This document shows, one piece after another, positions 13,690 to 27,853 of a DNA stretch of 64,000 nucleotides. The stretch's first letter is position 1. Each line of letters opens with the position of its first letter. Source of the DNA: Octopus vulgaris (taxonomy: Eukaryota); contig OX597826.1 in NCBI GenBank assembly GCA_951406725.2, positions 6,510,001 through 6,574,000 on the forward strand, given 5' to 3'. The notes under the pieces are model-generated. The model did no database searches. It was not told the origin of the DNA and worked only from the letters and a program-made list of their open reading frames with translations. A program made the position numbers and the translations under genes.

Positions 13690-14112
13690 TTGGGAACCGG
13701 AACCCGGCGGAAAACCAATTTCGCCCCGGAACGACGTTTTTGAGAAGGAAGCTTGTTACCCAACAACCACTTTGTATATAAATGTATATGTTTCTTTTAT
13801 CTTCTGTTTTTTCAGTCATTACACTGGGGCATGCTGGAGCACCGCCTTCAGTACATTTTGGCAAGCGAATCGACTCCAGTATTTATTATTTCTTTTTGGA
13901 ATTCTTGGTACTAATTCTGTCGGTCAATTTTTCCGAACCGCTATGTTCCGGGGGCATAAACACACCAACGGTTGTTCTAGCGGTGGTGGAGGGCAAAAGC
14001 ATGGATGAAGACGCAAACACATGAATACATGCATGCATATATACATACGCATTAAAGGCGGTGCTCTAGCATGACCACAGTCAAATGACTGAAACAAGCA
14101 AAAGAGTAAAGA
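13690..14112. mobile_element. Cluster of family A SINE pieces (minus-strand head and 3' half, plus-strand tail at ~14055-14112)
   Basis: TTCAGTCATT...CATGCTGGAGCACCGCC (minus). AAAGGCGGTGCTCTAGCATGACCACAGTCAAATGACTGAAACAAGCAAAAGAGTAAAGAG (plus). Confidence 0.75.
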
Positions 14113-14177
<65 letters not shown>

Positions 14178-14230
14178 TATAATATATGTGTGTGTGTGTG
14201 TGCGTATATATATATATATATATATATATT

Positions 14231-14402
14231 AGTGTAGGAAGAAATGGAGCTGAACGAAGATTTAACAAAATTCCTTTATATTATTTTCTACATATGTTTC
14301 GAAGGCATATGTTTAGGGACTTTGCAGCCTTCGAAACATATGTAGAAAATAATATAAAGGAATTTTGTTAAATCTTCGTTCAGCTCCATTTCTTCCTACA
14401 CT
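14231..14402. repeat. Perfect 76-bp inverted repeat with 20-nt spacer, inside a TA-flanked element (to ~14560)
   Basis: 14231-14306 is the exact reverse complement of 14327-14402. Confidence 0.95.
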
Positions 14403-14555
14403 TAATATATAAAACTTCAAATTTCCGCACTAAGGCACGGTTTTTTATGCCCCATGGTCGTAACTTCAACCGTGCGTTTTCTGTTGTGATTTTTGCTACC
14501 CAGGTATCGGTTATCATTTGAATTATCCGTAATAAGATAATTCATTAATCTACTT

Positions 14556-14614
<59 letters not shown>

Positions 14615-15039
14615 TCATATACAGTATGTCGCTTATACCAATGCTGATGGACATCTACGAGGCAATCTATTGATTCAAGGATCACATCAGATTTTTGCAG
14701 AATTCTTTCTGGCGACAGGTTTTATTTGCTGCATTCTTAATGCAGATTTTGTTGTGATAACATCGGCCATACGTAAAACGAAAAAAAACAAAGCAAAGCA
14801 AACTTACATTTATTTATTTGCATCATTGATTGTCATTTTTATTATTCCTGAAGAAATATTTAACGTATAGATTGAATAATGATCACCTTCATGCCGTTAG
14901 TATTACTTCAGTTCGTTCACGGTTTCAGTTTCCGTAACAATATTGGTGATAATGGTAGTGATGGTGGTGGCGGTGGCGGTGGTGACGTTGCTTGCATTGG
15001 CGATGATATTAGTTACGATGAGCGATATAATGGATACAT

Positions 15040-15145
15040 TCTTTTACTTGTTTCGGTCATTTGACTCTGGCCATGCTGGAGCACTACCTTTAGTCGAGCA
15101 AATCGACCCCAGGACTTATTCTTTGTAAGCCAAGTACTTATTATA
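15040..15145 (-). mobile_element. SINE family A 3' fragment
   Basis: CTTTTACTTGTTTCGGTCATTTGACTCTGGCCATGCTGGAGCAC...GACCCCAGGACTTATTCTTTG. Confidence 0.8.
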
Positions 15146-16899
15146 TCAGTCTAACAAGTACTTATTCTATATTGAAAATTGTTTATTAATATTGGTGTTG
15201 TGACGAAAGATTTTGTGTATGTTTGTTAGCATAATAATGGTATCATCCTCCTCATCATCATCATCATTTTCTTCTTCTTCTTCTTCTTCTTCTTCTTCTT
15301 CTTCTTCTCCTCCTCCTCCTCGTCCTCCTTCTTCTTCTTCTTCTTCTTCTTCGTCGTCGTCGTCATAGTAATATTTAAATATTATTACTGAGATCTGGCA
15401 GAATCTTTAGCGCGTCGGACAAACTGCTTCTCGCCGAGGTCATCATTGTCTTTCATCCTTTTCGGGACAGATTTAATTAATTGACAATCAAATACTAGGT
15501 CGATGAAATACTCTATCCCGCAATTGATTTTTGACACACTTGACAACTTATAGTGTACATGGTAGAAAACGAACTCAGACACATTATTTTTTTTAATAAA
15601 TGTACCAGCTTAAAAAGAAACAGAAATATCTTTGTAGGATTACACATTTAACAAGCATTGCCAATTAATACAAATATATCACTGTAATAAAGATTATTAG
15701 TGTCAAAAGAATTTAACACCATCAATTTATATGAAATACCTAGACGCCATTTTTTTGCATGATTTCGACAAGTTTTTCTTTTTCTTTTATGGAAGAAAAC
15801 GAATAAAGAAACACTTTTAACACTCAAGTAAATCCGAAATATAGCAACAACAAAACAAACGCATGAATAAAGATTTGAAAATTTGAAAATGATGGAAAAA
15901 AAAACAAGGATATAATACGTTAATTTAATACGTTTCTTAACGTCAATTCTCAATATTTATGGTATTATTATCTCTTTCTTTTTTCTTCACGTTTCAAAAA
16001 GTGTACTTTTGATTATAATTGATAGCATGGGAATTGATTAGAAATTGTATGTGTACGCTTGTTGGAAAGATCATTAATTCTGCAAATGGGCGTATGTAAT
16101 AAAGATTTCAGTGATAAAAAAAATCGAATAAGCACCAATTATCGAATTTTATATTCTTAAACCGCGTCAGTTGTGATAAAGTATCATATATCAAAAGTTT
16201 ACTTATAAATATTTATCAATTTACAGCAAAATTATTTTTTGTTCCGGGTGTACATGACCTATAAGTTAGTAAGAAATATTAGATACTACAGCATTCACGC
16301 AGTTCTCATTATAAATACCGACAGAAATACTTTAGTTGAATTTAATAGAAAATATATATTAAAAAAATTATCATAGTTTAGGCGCCCATTTGTATACATA
16401 CAGACCTTACCCCGAAAATCAGTAATAGGTTACCATATTCATTTTTGATTCTATAGAATATTATTCTTGGGAGCGAAGGTGTCCATTTGTATACATACGG
16501 AACTTACCCCGAAAACCAGTAATCTTTTTTGATTCTATAGGAAATTTATTCTTGGGATCGATATAGGTGTTTGAATAAATTTCAGTATGCGTAATAATCT
16601 CCATTAGAAACGCAATAAAATATTAACAAAAACTGTTTTCTATCACGCTCAGTGATTTTGATTATTAACATCTCCACAAAACATGGAACTAAGTTCCATA
16701 TCAATTTTAGTTTAAACTCTGGGGCCAGGGCGCAAGTATTTCACATTGATCCCACTAAGTGACTGTTTCACAGGAATTATATGAAACTCGCACATATAAT
16801 AGTATATCATATCTGTCATGAAGGTTCATATAAACTTGGCTCTAACAGATATGAAGGAATTATCTGCGCGGTTAAATCAAAATTTTTACGTCTTCTGGT

Positions 16900-17230
16900 T
16901 TCTGTAATTTAGTAGAAGAAACGCAGGGTTTGAAAAATTACAACATTTTTCGACATTGTCTCCTTGCTTTTCCTTCCACTTTTTTCTGCGGTCCATAAAC
17001 TTGCTTAATCCATCGCGGAGAAGATTTTCGATTGGTCGCCCAGCTATTTTATGTGCCACTTTCTGTGCGTCTTCATCCGTTGTACAAATCGATGACGTCG
17101 CGAAAATTATTTGATTTCGCTAAAGAGTTGATAGCCGGATGAGGTTTGTGTCTCTACGCAAGATATTTCAGTAACTCGAAACCCGATTGTGTAATGGTGT
17201 CAACGGTGTAGTCGGCTCTAATTGAGCTAT
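16900..17230 (-). mobile_element. Decayed mariner transposase C-terminal fragment
   Basis: Minus strand gives RDGLSKFMDR and EKQGDNVEK-like pieces (cf. F..GI.kL..RW.kc....GdYvEK). Confidence 0.55.
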
Positions 17231-17339
17231 GTGGCCAACCAAAAGTAAGTTTCGATGAAAGCACAGGTAATTTGTGACTTCCTCATTAGAAAACCATATG
17301 ACAAATTTGTGAAACAACAACATTGAGCACTTAAAAATA

Positions 17340-17894
17340 TTGAGTTGTCCGTAAAGTTCGTGCCTATTTATAGTAGCTTACATTTCGACTTATTTTAGGA
17401 CTTGTTTGACTCCATAATATAGGATTTGGCAACATCTCCATTTAGAGCACAGTTTAAGCTGGAAGAAGGTTTATGTTCCTATACCCTCTGCCAATTCTGT
17501 AAACCTTAAAAATGGAAGATAGGAATGTTCAAATTCGGCACTTAATGCTTTGGAACCAGACAAAAATTGCTGCAGCTCGGCTGCGATGTGTTACCCCAAC
17601 CTCTATATTCACCAGATATTGCTCCTTCGGATTTCCACATATTCAGGTCTCTGCAGAATAGTCTTAATGGTAAAAATTTCAATTCCTTGCAAGACGTGAA
17701 AACATATCCTTGATGAATTCTTTGCCATGAAACCACCTCAATTCTGGGAAGAGGGTATTTTCAAGTTAAAGGAAAGATGGAGACGCATTTTGCAACAAGA
17801 TGTTTCATATTTGGTTGATTAAAAATGTAATGGCAAGTATTTATTGGCCCTTTTTTCCCTTTAAGAATCGACACGAACTTTGCGGACAACCCAA
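17340..17894 (+). mobile_element. Internally deleted mariner (mellifera-like), copy 1
   Basis: TA-flanked TIRs TTGAGTTGTCCGTAAAGTTCGTGCC / GACACGAACTTTGCGGACAACCCAA. N-terminus MEDRNVQIRHLML is fused to the C-terminal YSPDIAPSDFH region. Confidence 0.9.
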
Positions 17895-18942
17895 TACAGT
17901 GCAGAACATGTTCTTTTCACAATGCTGTTATTCATCAACATTTATTCTTCTCTACCTAGCGTTGAACAAAGCGATTGTGAACAAAGCATCCAGCTCCTAG
18001 CTTGGAGACAGATTAATATATGTTATACAATAACTTTACGTAAGTCCTACTGTTTGTGAGTTACTCAAAGATACCAGTGTTAGTAATTCAATGACGAATC
18101 CATCAATTAATAAAAATAGAACTTCAGGTAATTTCGAATGTCTTTTAGTTTATTAAACTGTTATAAAGTTTACTATCAGCATAAACGGTACCAAAACGTA
18201 AAGTTTATACAATAAATATATAAAGATATAAAGATATATAAATTTCAAATTTTGGTATAGTGTGATAAATTGCATCAATACCTACCGCAGCATAAACCGC
18301 ATTATACAATTCCAATTAAATATAATTTTTGAAGTAAATCCATTACCGGATGTTGTCAAGGAAAGCTCAAAAGAGAAAGAGCAACTGCCGTAATGTTGCA
18401 ACTGCTTTAGAAATGAAGTATATTTGTTTTAATAATTAACTTCTCTGACTGCAAGATAAATTATGTAACATTGATATCCTGTTTCTGTCCAAAAATATCC
18501 TTCAAATACATACTAAACCATTTGATAAATAGATTTATCCATGACGCTTAAGGAAAAGTTAATATGTAGGAAACGAGCAAGAAGCGCACAGCAGATAGAG
18601 CATAAGATAACAAGAATAAAACAGAGACAAAAATGGAGTACTAGAAGAGTAGGTATAGGAAAAATAATAGATATTCTGAAGAAGTCTAGTGTATTTAATG
18701 AAAACCAAATTGTCAATGAAAGCCGGTGGCAAATTTCATTGCATCTTTTCATTGAACACAGTACGGGTTCAAGAAAGACAGACAAATATTGATTCATCTA
18801 ATATGGGAGCCTCTAGGAAGTAATTAAGTCACATTTCAAAACACATGCCACCCTAAGCGTATCGTTAGACTTAAATCAAGGAACAAAACCTTCGACTGAA
18901 ATGAACAGATGCATTTTAATATGTTATTCGTAAAATAGGTCA

Positions 18943-18943
<1 letters not shown>

Positions 18944-19019
<76 letters not shown>

Positions 19020-19024
19020 GTCTG

Positions 19025-19085
<61 letters not shown>

Positions 19086-19120
19086 ATGTTTGTCTGTCTG
19101 TCTGATTGACTGTTTCTCTG

Positions 19121-19153
<33 letters not shown>

Positions 19154-19200
19154 ATATATATATCTATCTATCTATCTATCTATCTATTTATCTACCTGCC
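18944..19200. repeat. (ATCT)n microsatellite
   Basis: Directly visible. Confidence 0.97.
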
Positions 19201-19545
19201 TGTATGTCTCTCTGTGTGTCTTTGTATCTCTCTGTCTGTCTCTATCTATCAATGTATCTATATATCTGTCTATCTATTGATCTCTCTCTTGCTTCTTTCT
19301 CCCTTTCTCTCACGCTCTCGCTTTCTCTCTCCCCCTTTCTCTCTCTCCATATGTATATATATATATATAGAAAGAGAGAGAGAGAGACAGACAGACGGAC
19401 ATACATACAGACAGACAGAAAGGCAAGCAGACAAACATAGAGATGTAAATATAGATATTTTAATTCATATATCTATCTCTATTTCCATCTTAATGCACAT
19501 ACTTGTGAATGTGTGTATGTATAGAGCACCTTGTCTATCAGTACG

Positions 19546-19641
<96 letters not shown>

Positions 19642-19877
19642 TATATGTCTGTGTGTGTGTGTGTGTGTGTGTGACAAACTAACTGAATATATATATATAT
19701 ATATTTATATATAATGTGTTCTAAAAGGTTAAACGAATGCGCTCACACAATAGAACGAATCCTCTTCTCAAAGAACGTAACGTCCTTATAAGAGATTTCA
19801 TAATATTTAAACTTGTTTTTAAAATCTCACCTGTACACTTCAAAAACTGCATTAAGTATTTCTCATAGACTTTCAAA

Positions 19878-19920
<43 letters not shown>

Positions 19921-20153
19921 GTAAAGTGGAAAAATTATAGGAAAACATTTTAGAAAACACACTCCCACACGCACAATAGACACACACACAAAATCACACA
20001 CACATATACATATGCATATGTGCCTGTGCAATTGTGTGTGTGTGTGTTTCTGTCTATGTATATATCCATGTATGTATGTATGTATGTATGTATGTATGTA
20101 TTTATGTATGTATGTATGTATGTATCTATGCATGTGTGTATGCATGCAAGTAT

Positions 20154-20457
20154 GATTCCATATTTAATCGACTAAGATTTTACAGCAATTAAAGAATTTA
20201 ACATCAACCTCTCCTTATCGAATCTATCTCAAAATGTTGCAATGGAAAACATTTTGAAGGAGATAGCAGTTGAACTAACAAGATTTGACCCGAATTAATG
20301 GTAGACTGTTGTTATACCTCCCTAAACCTCATACAGGTCATATTTCGTTTCCTACAGTCTGACTCCCTTAAAGTGTTCTTCATTGGAAGCCGTATGGTGG
20401 AGCCTGGCTAAGGGTATTAAATTTTTCAATCCCCATTAGTCGATCAAATATGGAATC
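20154..20457. mobile_element. Probable MITE with 22-bp terminal inverted repeats
   Basis: GATTCCATATTTAATCGACTAA vs TTAGTCGATCAAATATGGAATC (1 mismatch), ~300 bp apart. No ORF. Confidence 0.6.
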
Positions 20458-21029
20458 GATTAATATGCATGGTTACTACATGGAAGAATTAATTAATTTT
20501 CTTATTTACCCGAAACATGCATAATTTGGTGGAAATTATAATCTTTCTTTTCTTTTGTAAGCATTTACTGAATCTATCCGATGTAAGAATTTGGATTTAG
20601 AAATTGGACACACAATGATACGTATATTTACGAGGTCTGTGGACTTCTATGGTTTTCACTACTCAATTTAGTTAGCCAAATATCATTCCCACGTAGTGGT
20701 TTTAACGTTTCGCGTGGATTTTTAATCCTTTATTATCTGTGTATGTATATGTATGTGAATGTGTATTTGTGTGTGTGGGTTTGAGTGTCTATGTCTGTAT
20801 AGATATATATATATATATATATATATTTAGACACTTACACATACACACACATATATATTCATATGTGTGTACATGACGTCACCAATTGTGTAAACAACGT
20901 GAAGTACGAAAACAAACGAGTTAAATACACAAACGACGAGAAAAAAATAGGAAAGAGGACAAGTAGCACGGAGAGCGACCCTTCATCAGTTGTCGGCTGT
21001 CAATCTACTGCTCATTTCGAGCAGTGTTT

Positions 21030-21211
21030 CACCCCCTCTCCATCATCGCTTGACCCCCAATGCTGGTGCGTCTACGCCCCCGAAACCTAGCAGCTCAGCA
21101 CAGGTCGATAGGATAAGTACTAGGCTTACAAGACTGAGTTCTGGAGTCGATTTGTTCAACTAAATGCGGTGTTCCAGCATGGCCACAGTCAAATGACTTA
21201 AACAAATAAAA
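21030..21211 (+). mobile_element. SINE family A 3' half
   Basis: CATCGCTTGAC...ATAAGTACTAGGCTTACAAG...GCGGTGTTCCAGCATGGCCACAGTCAAATGACT. Confidence 0.85.
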
Positions 21212-22303
21212 GCGGAATCAATGCTAGATGAGTCGAAACAATTGTCTTGATTAGTAACATCTTCCATCCTCCGCCTTTCATTATATATATATATATATTC
21301 ACCCTACCAATACACATAATTTCCTTCAAATATATTTAACGGATAAGCAAAATTGTAATATTTGCGTATTAGTGCAAAACGGAAATGCCCTACCGCTCAA
21401 ACAGGAACTAATGAAAAATATTCTCGTTGAGAACACCTAACGGAATGCATGTTTTGTGATTTTGAAATGAACAATATTTGAATCTCCATTCGGAAAGTAC
21501 TCCTCTATCATGGCTTGTGAAACTGGCAGATTCCCAAAGACCTGCACGGCCACTGTCTTATCTTTTACTGAAAGTTTACAATTTGCGTCTAATGCGATAA
21601 TATTTTCGCAAGAAACTATTAAATGACACACTTTACCCATTCGCTGTAGTTTTCGGCAAAAACCTCATTGTCCATTATGCTTTTGTTAAACCTATAACAA
21701 GACACTTATATGATTTGTTTGGGGATATGAAAAGACCGGCACTAGGAATATATATGCTATGATAAAAATATTACATCTGATATATGTGAAGAATCTCGAA
21801 AATGGAAATATTTAAACTTAATAATAGAATAGCTGATAACACATTTACAGACTCCTAAAACTATAAATAGAAGGCTTCTTTCAAAGGCCATGCTTCCATC
21901 TTCCTTATCAGTTGTGCAAAATTAAGGTTACCATAACCTCCGTACTGGCAGAAAATGTTTCTGTCAGGGTTACTATGACCAAAGACTACTGAACTAAAAC
22001 ATGTCACATCATACTTTAAGATATGTTGTTCTCTACTTGCAAAATTATTTGTAAAAATAGATTTTCGCTATCAGCTCTTATATATATCAACATTGCAGAT
22101 AAGGTATTGTTGTATAGATGAAGTCTAATTCATTCATATCAAAAAGGAAATATCGAAACCCCCATGAAAAGAAGATACCATAGAAAGAATCGAATCTCTG
22201 TCGAACACTAAATTTAGATATCATATATTGTTATTCATACAACACTAATTATAACATAATTATAACATACAACACTAATTATAACATAATTAGCAAATAG
22301 TTA

Positions 22304-22726
22304 GGCGTAGGAGTGGCTGTGTGGTAAGTAGCTTGCTTACGAACCACATGGTTCCAGGTTCAGTCCCACTGCGTGGCATCTTCGGCAAGTGTCTTCTACT
22401 ATAGCCTCGAGCAACCAAAGCCTTGTGAGTGGATTTGGTAGACGGAAACTGAAAGAAGCCCGTCGTATGTATATATGTATATATATATGTATGTATATAT
22501 GTGTATATGTTTGTGTGTCTGTGTTTGTCGTCGTCCCCCCAACATCGCTTGACAACCGACGCTTGTGTGTTTTCCTCCCTATAACTTGGCGGTCCGGCAA
22601 AAGGGACTGATAGAATAAGTACTAGGCTGCCAAAGAATAAGTCCTGGGGTCGATTTGCTCGACTAAAGGCGGTGCTCCAGCATGGCTACATTCAAATGAC
22701 TGAAACAAGTAAAAGAGTAAAAGAGT
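22304..22726 (+). mobile_element. tRNA-derived SINE family A, full length
   Basis: Pol III A-box GTGGCTGTGTGGTAAG and B-box GGTTCAGTCCC. CORE-like CTT.GGCAAGTG, internal microsatellite, (GTAAAAGA)n tail. Confidence 0.92.
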
Positions 22727-23455
22727 AATTTAAATACTTCTTTTGTTGATTTAACTCTTGTATACATTTACTAATTTCATAATGGCCTCTACTTATGAAA
22801 GACTTAATAGTGTCTACTGTTTGGTACCATACAATAATGAGTAACATAATCACCAAATAAAATGACGGTAAATATCAATGCATAAACCATGTACAGAAAT
22901 ATGTAGAGAATAGATGGCAGTGACCGTGTGTGAGCATTTTGCGAACCATTCAATTCTTGAAGGGAGACAATCCGAAGACAGCATTGAGATTGAGCTCTAC
23001 CTATACAGGCAAGATATAACACAACATTATTCATAGCAAGAATGATTCGTATATGTTTATATATTCGATAAAAGCAAGAATGATATTTAAATAAACATAG
23101 ACAAAAGATTAAAAATGATCGCACACTTACGACCGTTACATCATGTTATATTTTGATTGATATGCGTTAAGCGTTTTCAATACCAAAATAAAAAAACAAG
23201 TTGAACTGAAAGAAGAACATAACGCCTTGAAAAACGAGACCTTGATTCAAAAAGTTGAGCATTTTACTTTACTTCTGAGCATTTTAGATAACTGCATCTT
23301 AGAAGTAATCAGTAATCATGTAGCAATGAATGTACAGTTACCGTTCTGGCATTGTTCTGCATGGGAAGAAATGCCGCGGATAAGTACATTAGTATGTCGT
23401 TCAGCGTATATAAATGTAAGTACTGAGGAAATATTGTTGGATCATTCCCCACACA

Positions 23456-23512
<57 letters not shown>

Positions 23513-24212
23513 TCTAAATGGAAACACAAATACCCTTACAATTTTCGTTGCTAAGGGACATATTTATGACGTACCATTGTAATTTCAGATGCCGATACCA
23601 GTGTTTCAGACGTTATAGTTTTATATACATTTATGCATTTGCACTTTTAGCTATCATTAGCCGCATATATTTGTATATATTTAACGAATAACGGTTAAGT
23701 ATTTCACTTGGAAATAGTAAAAGAAACATTGAAACTGTGTCGAAATCTGTGGTCAACAGGCGCATATCATTATTGGACACCAGTCACATGAGTGATGTAT
23801 AACCTACATAAAATTATGTCTTCTGTTTATTTCTCTAGTTATTATTCATTACTTTCACGTACATATGTTTATAGAAAGAATTCATAAACATAATAATCCA
23901 TCTCTTACATATATTTGTTGAAATATGAATTATTTCTAATTTCATTTATTTAAGTTGCTTACAATTTGATTTCATAGTTATGAAGCCAATATTCAAATAT
24001 ATTTTTCATAGCCAACATTGATTCCTCTTTTGCTTTTTTCAAAAAGTAAAAATAATATATATACGTCATTATGTCATCATCTTCAACTTAAATGCTGAAA
24101 TGAATAACACTGAATCGATAAGATATTTCTCATTACAGAACATACGAGCTTTTCTTGTTTTTCAACGAGACTTGTTGAAGACGATCGAAAGCAAGAGTAA
24201 AGTAGAGGGAGT

Positions 24213-24256
<44 letters not shown>

Positions 24257-25660
24257 AGAACATCAAGAAATTGATGGAGCTACAGAGAGATTATAAGACA
24301 AAGATATAAAGAGAGAAAAATATATGGATATATGGCGACACAGAGAGAAAGAAAGAGGAAGAGAGATGGAAATAAAGAAATAGCAAGAGAGATAGCTTTC
24401 ATCAATGTACACCGATCAATAAGTATATAAATCAATTGAAACACCAGTTTGATAAGAGAATTCAGAATTATTTTTTCCTATAATTATGACAAGGCCTCAT
24501 GATCTCTATTTATTTTATTTAAAATAGCTTTATTAAAATATAATATATATTGTTTTTTGTTTGGTTGCTTTTTTCTTGCTTTTGTTTTTGTATTTACTTT
24601 GGTATTTTTTCTTATATACTCTTATTGGAGTATTGGAAAACAACACGATATTATAAAATAAATATGAGAGGAAAATATTTCGAAATATTATGGAAAAATA
24701 CAAAATCTGACAGAAGGATGCAACATAGAAATCTAAAACTGAAAAGTATAGAAAAATATATAGAAAAGAATAAAAATTATAAATATCAATTTTTCTTCCC
24801 AGATGAACAATCAATTATTAGTTTATATAAATTTTGTAATGGGTCTTTATTTTCTCATGATCAGATATCTCATTTCCCAGATTTAATCGACGTATAGAAA
24901 TATTGCATCTATATTAGATATTATCGATTCCTCATATAAGCACTAAGACTCAGTTTTTTCACGGACGCCTAAGTCGATGAATTGAACCAGCGTTCATTGC
25001 AGGTATTTATTCCATCGCTCCAGGAATGGTACAAACGAAAGCCTATTCCGGCAATATTTGAATTCTACACTTAAGGATATCTAATTAAACGTTGCTCATA
25101 ACTTTGTCAGTACCATACGTCACCCTATATATCAAATGTTATTGGTATTCCAAACTTCAGAGAATGAGTGAATGCTAGCATTTTATACGAAATAAATAAA
25201 ATATTGACGAATGAAGGAAAAACAAAAGAAACGATAAATAACGTCAACGTAATTGATGGCTAACTATTATGCAAGTCATGACATTTGAAGAAACACCTTG
25301 CGCTGACAATTGCGGAATGTGCAGAGCCAGAAGATAAAAAGAAAAAAAACATCTGTACAGCAAGAAACTGGTGTAACATATGCGATGCATGCAATGACAA
25401 ATTAGGAAGACAACCAAAAACATCATAGAAGAGATAGAAGTTAGTTTAAGTAAAAAGATCGCAGAACTTTGTCAGTAATGATAGGAAAAGATGCAAATAC
25501 CCCTACTCTATCGAGATTCCATATAGAAACGCAATGGCTTGATTAAAAATTTTGGAGTAAAATTTCTCTCCAGACAACAGAAAATTCCAAAATTAAAGTA
25601 TGTCGTGCGGTGATGTCTCCTTAACTACAACTGACCTCCTCGTAATTCAAGAATAAACTA

Positions 25661-26226
25661 TTGCTTTATCCGGAAAGTTCGTGCCGATTTATAGTAGCTT
25701 ACCTTTCGAATTATTCTAGAGCATGGTTGCGTCCATAAAATAGGATTTGACTACAGCTCCATTTAGAGCACAGTTTAAGCTATCTTTTCGTAGAAGAAGG
25801 TTTATGTTCCTATACCCTGTGTTAATTCTGTAACCCTTTAAAGTGGAAGATGAGAAAGTTCACTTTCGCCACTTGATGCTTTGGGAACCAGACAAAAGTT
25901 GCTGCAGCTCGGCTGGGATGTGTTACCCCATCCTCCATATTCACCTGATATTGCTCCTTCGGATTTCCACTTATTCAGGTCTCTGCAGAATAGTCTTAAT
26001 GGTAAAAATTCCAATACCTTGGATGACTTAAAAAGGTACCCTGATGAATTCTTTGCCATAAAACCACATCAATTCTGGGAAGAGGGTATTTTCAACTTAA
26101 AGGAAAGATGGAGACGCATTGTGCAACAAAATGTTTCATATTTGGTTGATTAAAAATATAATGGCTAGTATTTATTGACCTTTTTCTTTCCTTTAAAAAT
26201 CGTCATGATCTTTGCGGACAACTTAA
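25661..26226 (+). mobile_element. Internally deleted mariner (mellifera-like), copy 2
   Basis: TA-flanked TIRs. MEDEKVHFRHLML is joined to TRQKLLQLGWDVLPHPPYSPDIAPSDFHLFRSLQNSL...RWRRIVQQN. Same breakpoint as copy 1. Confidence 0.92.
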
Positions 26227-27853
26227 TATATATAAGAATAAATAATATCAAGACAACACACGAAAACAAGCTGAGATGTTCCTGTAATATCATCAGTTTG
26301 CGTGATCGCTATACAAATATTACATTTATACTATGAGTTTAAAAGAACACACTCCTGTTGGTGAGGGAAGAATATATTTTGTTATGTTGACTAAACAAAA
26401 AGACAAACAGTAGCGGTGAGTATGTTTTTTGTGTTTTATCAGTAATAAATCTTCCGAACTACCGGTTTTAGCACACGGTATCAGGTGAAAATATTCAAAA
26501 TAAATTCAAAATCTTTTAACAAAGAATAATTACTCTAAAGTGTTGTCAAGAGTAAAGGTCAGACTGGCCAGGGTGAACAAATGTTAATCTTGGTTTAAAA
26601 ATGAAGATAGAAATTAGAGAGGGGAAGACTGAACTAAATTAAACTAATTCCGTTGCTGTGAGACTTTAGCAAAAATGTTGATGACAATAATTAATAAACA
26701 TTAACATACTTTAAAAATACTTTATAACTTAAAACTGCAATATTTCACTGTTGTTGCAGTTGTTGCAAAATATTGTTTAGAGTTTTGGTTACATATATAG
26801 TTATACATGTGTGAGCATCATTATACATAAATTAACATCATGTGTACTTAGTGGAAAGAAAAGGATATTGTCGATGACATAACTAGAGCACATTTTTTTA
26901 CGGCTTGTACACAAGCATCCATTATGATATTATTATTTTTCATTTCTTTATTCTTCTAAAATTAGCGTTCTGTTCATTTTGAAAAGAACGGAAAAAGTAA
27001 AAGAGAAAAATGAAAAATCTATTTCTGTTAACAATTACACACTAATTATTATTATTAAGATATCTTGGAATTAATTTCTTTTCAAGTAAATTCCGAAGCC
27101 ATTAATTTCATAACTAAATTAAATTCTAGCAACACTATATTGAATGTGCCATCCAAAATGATTATATGTGAAAATGATATTATTTTAGCAGACACAGATT
27201 TCATATTTAATTCAAGATGAAATCACCAGCCACCCAAAGAAATCTGTAAATAACCTTTGTGTAATCGATTATGACAAACATTCATTCGTAGGCGATATTT
27301 TCAATTTTGTTGGTGTGTGGGTGTTAAACAATACTAAATATCCGGGCGACTATGCTGTGGTATCGATTCGCAGGTGAGTTATCATTATTATTATTGATGA
27401 GTTCGCTAAAAAACAAAACCAATATCTTAATTGACCACATTTTATTTATTTATAATTTTATTGGCGTATGTAACACATTTTTATAAACTTCGTATTGACG
27501 AATGTATGGCTGTGTACATTTAAACTAGTAACTTACTCGTAAACTAGGAACTTGCTGATATATTGATGGTCCACCAAATACGTTAAGGTTGAAATATACG
27601 CTTATTTACTTTGTACCTTATCTATGTTCAGCGTGTCCGTTCTAAACCTTTGAAAATTTATTCGTAATTTGCTTGCAAATGGCCTAATAGCAGAATCGTT
27701 CGAATTTTGAAGATGTCGTCTTCCGTTATTTCTTCTTGCTCTTTACATTATGAGTTCAAGTCTTTCTAAAGACATCTTAGCATTTCTTCTTTATTGTATT
27801 CATATAATAATATAACCCTCAAGCACAACTGAACACCGCGATCAGTACTGCTG

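Noticed and set aside
16383-16570. Short local tandem duplications (also ~22236-22291 and ~35032-35093)
   Set aside because: Ordinary slippage-type duplications with no further structure.
21437-21640. Non-repetitive 67-aa ORF as a host exon
   Set aside because: No recognisable homology and no supported splice partner.
25881-26153. Mariner ORF as a functional or domesticated transposase
   Set aside because: Most of the DNA-binding and catalytic region is deleted, and the N-terminal piece is out of frame.
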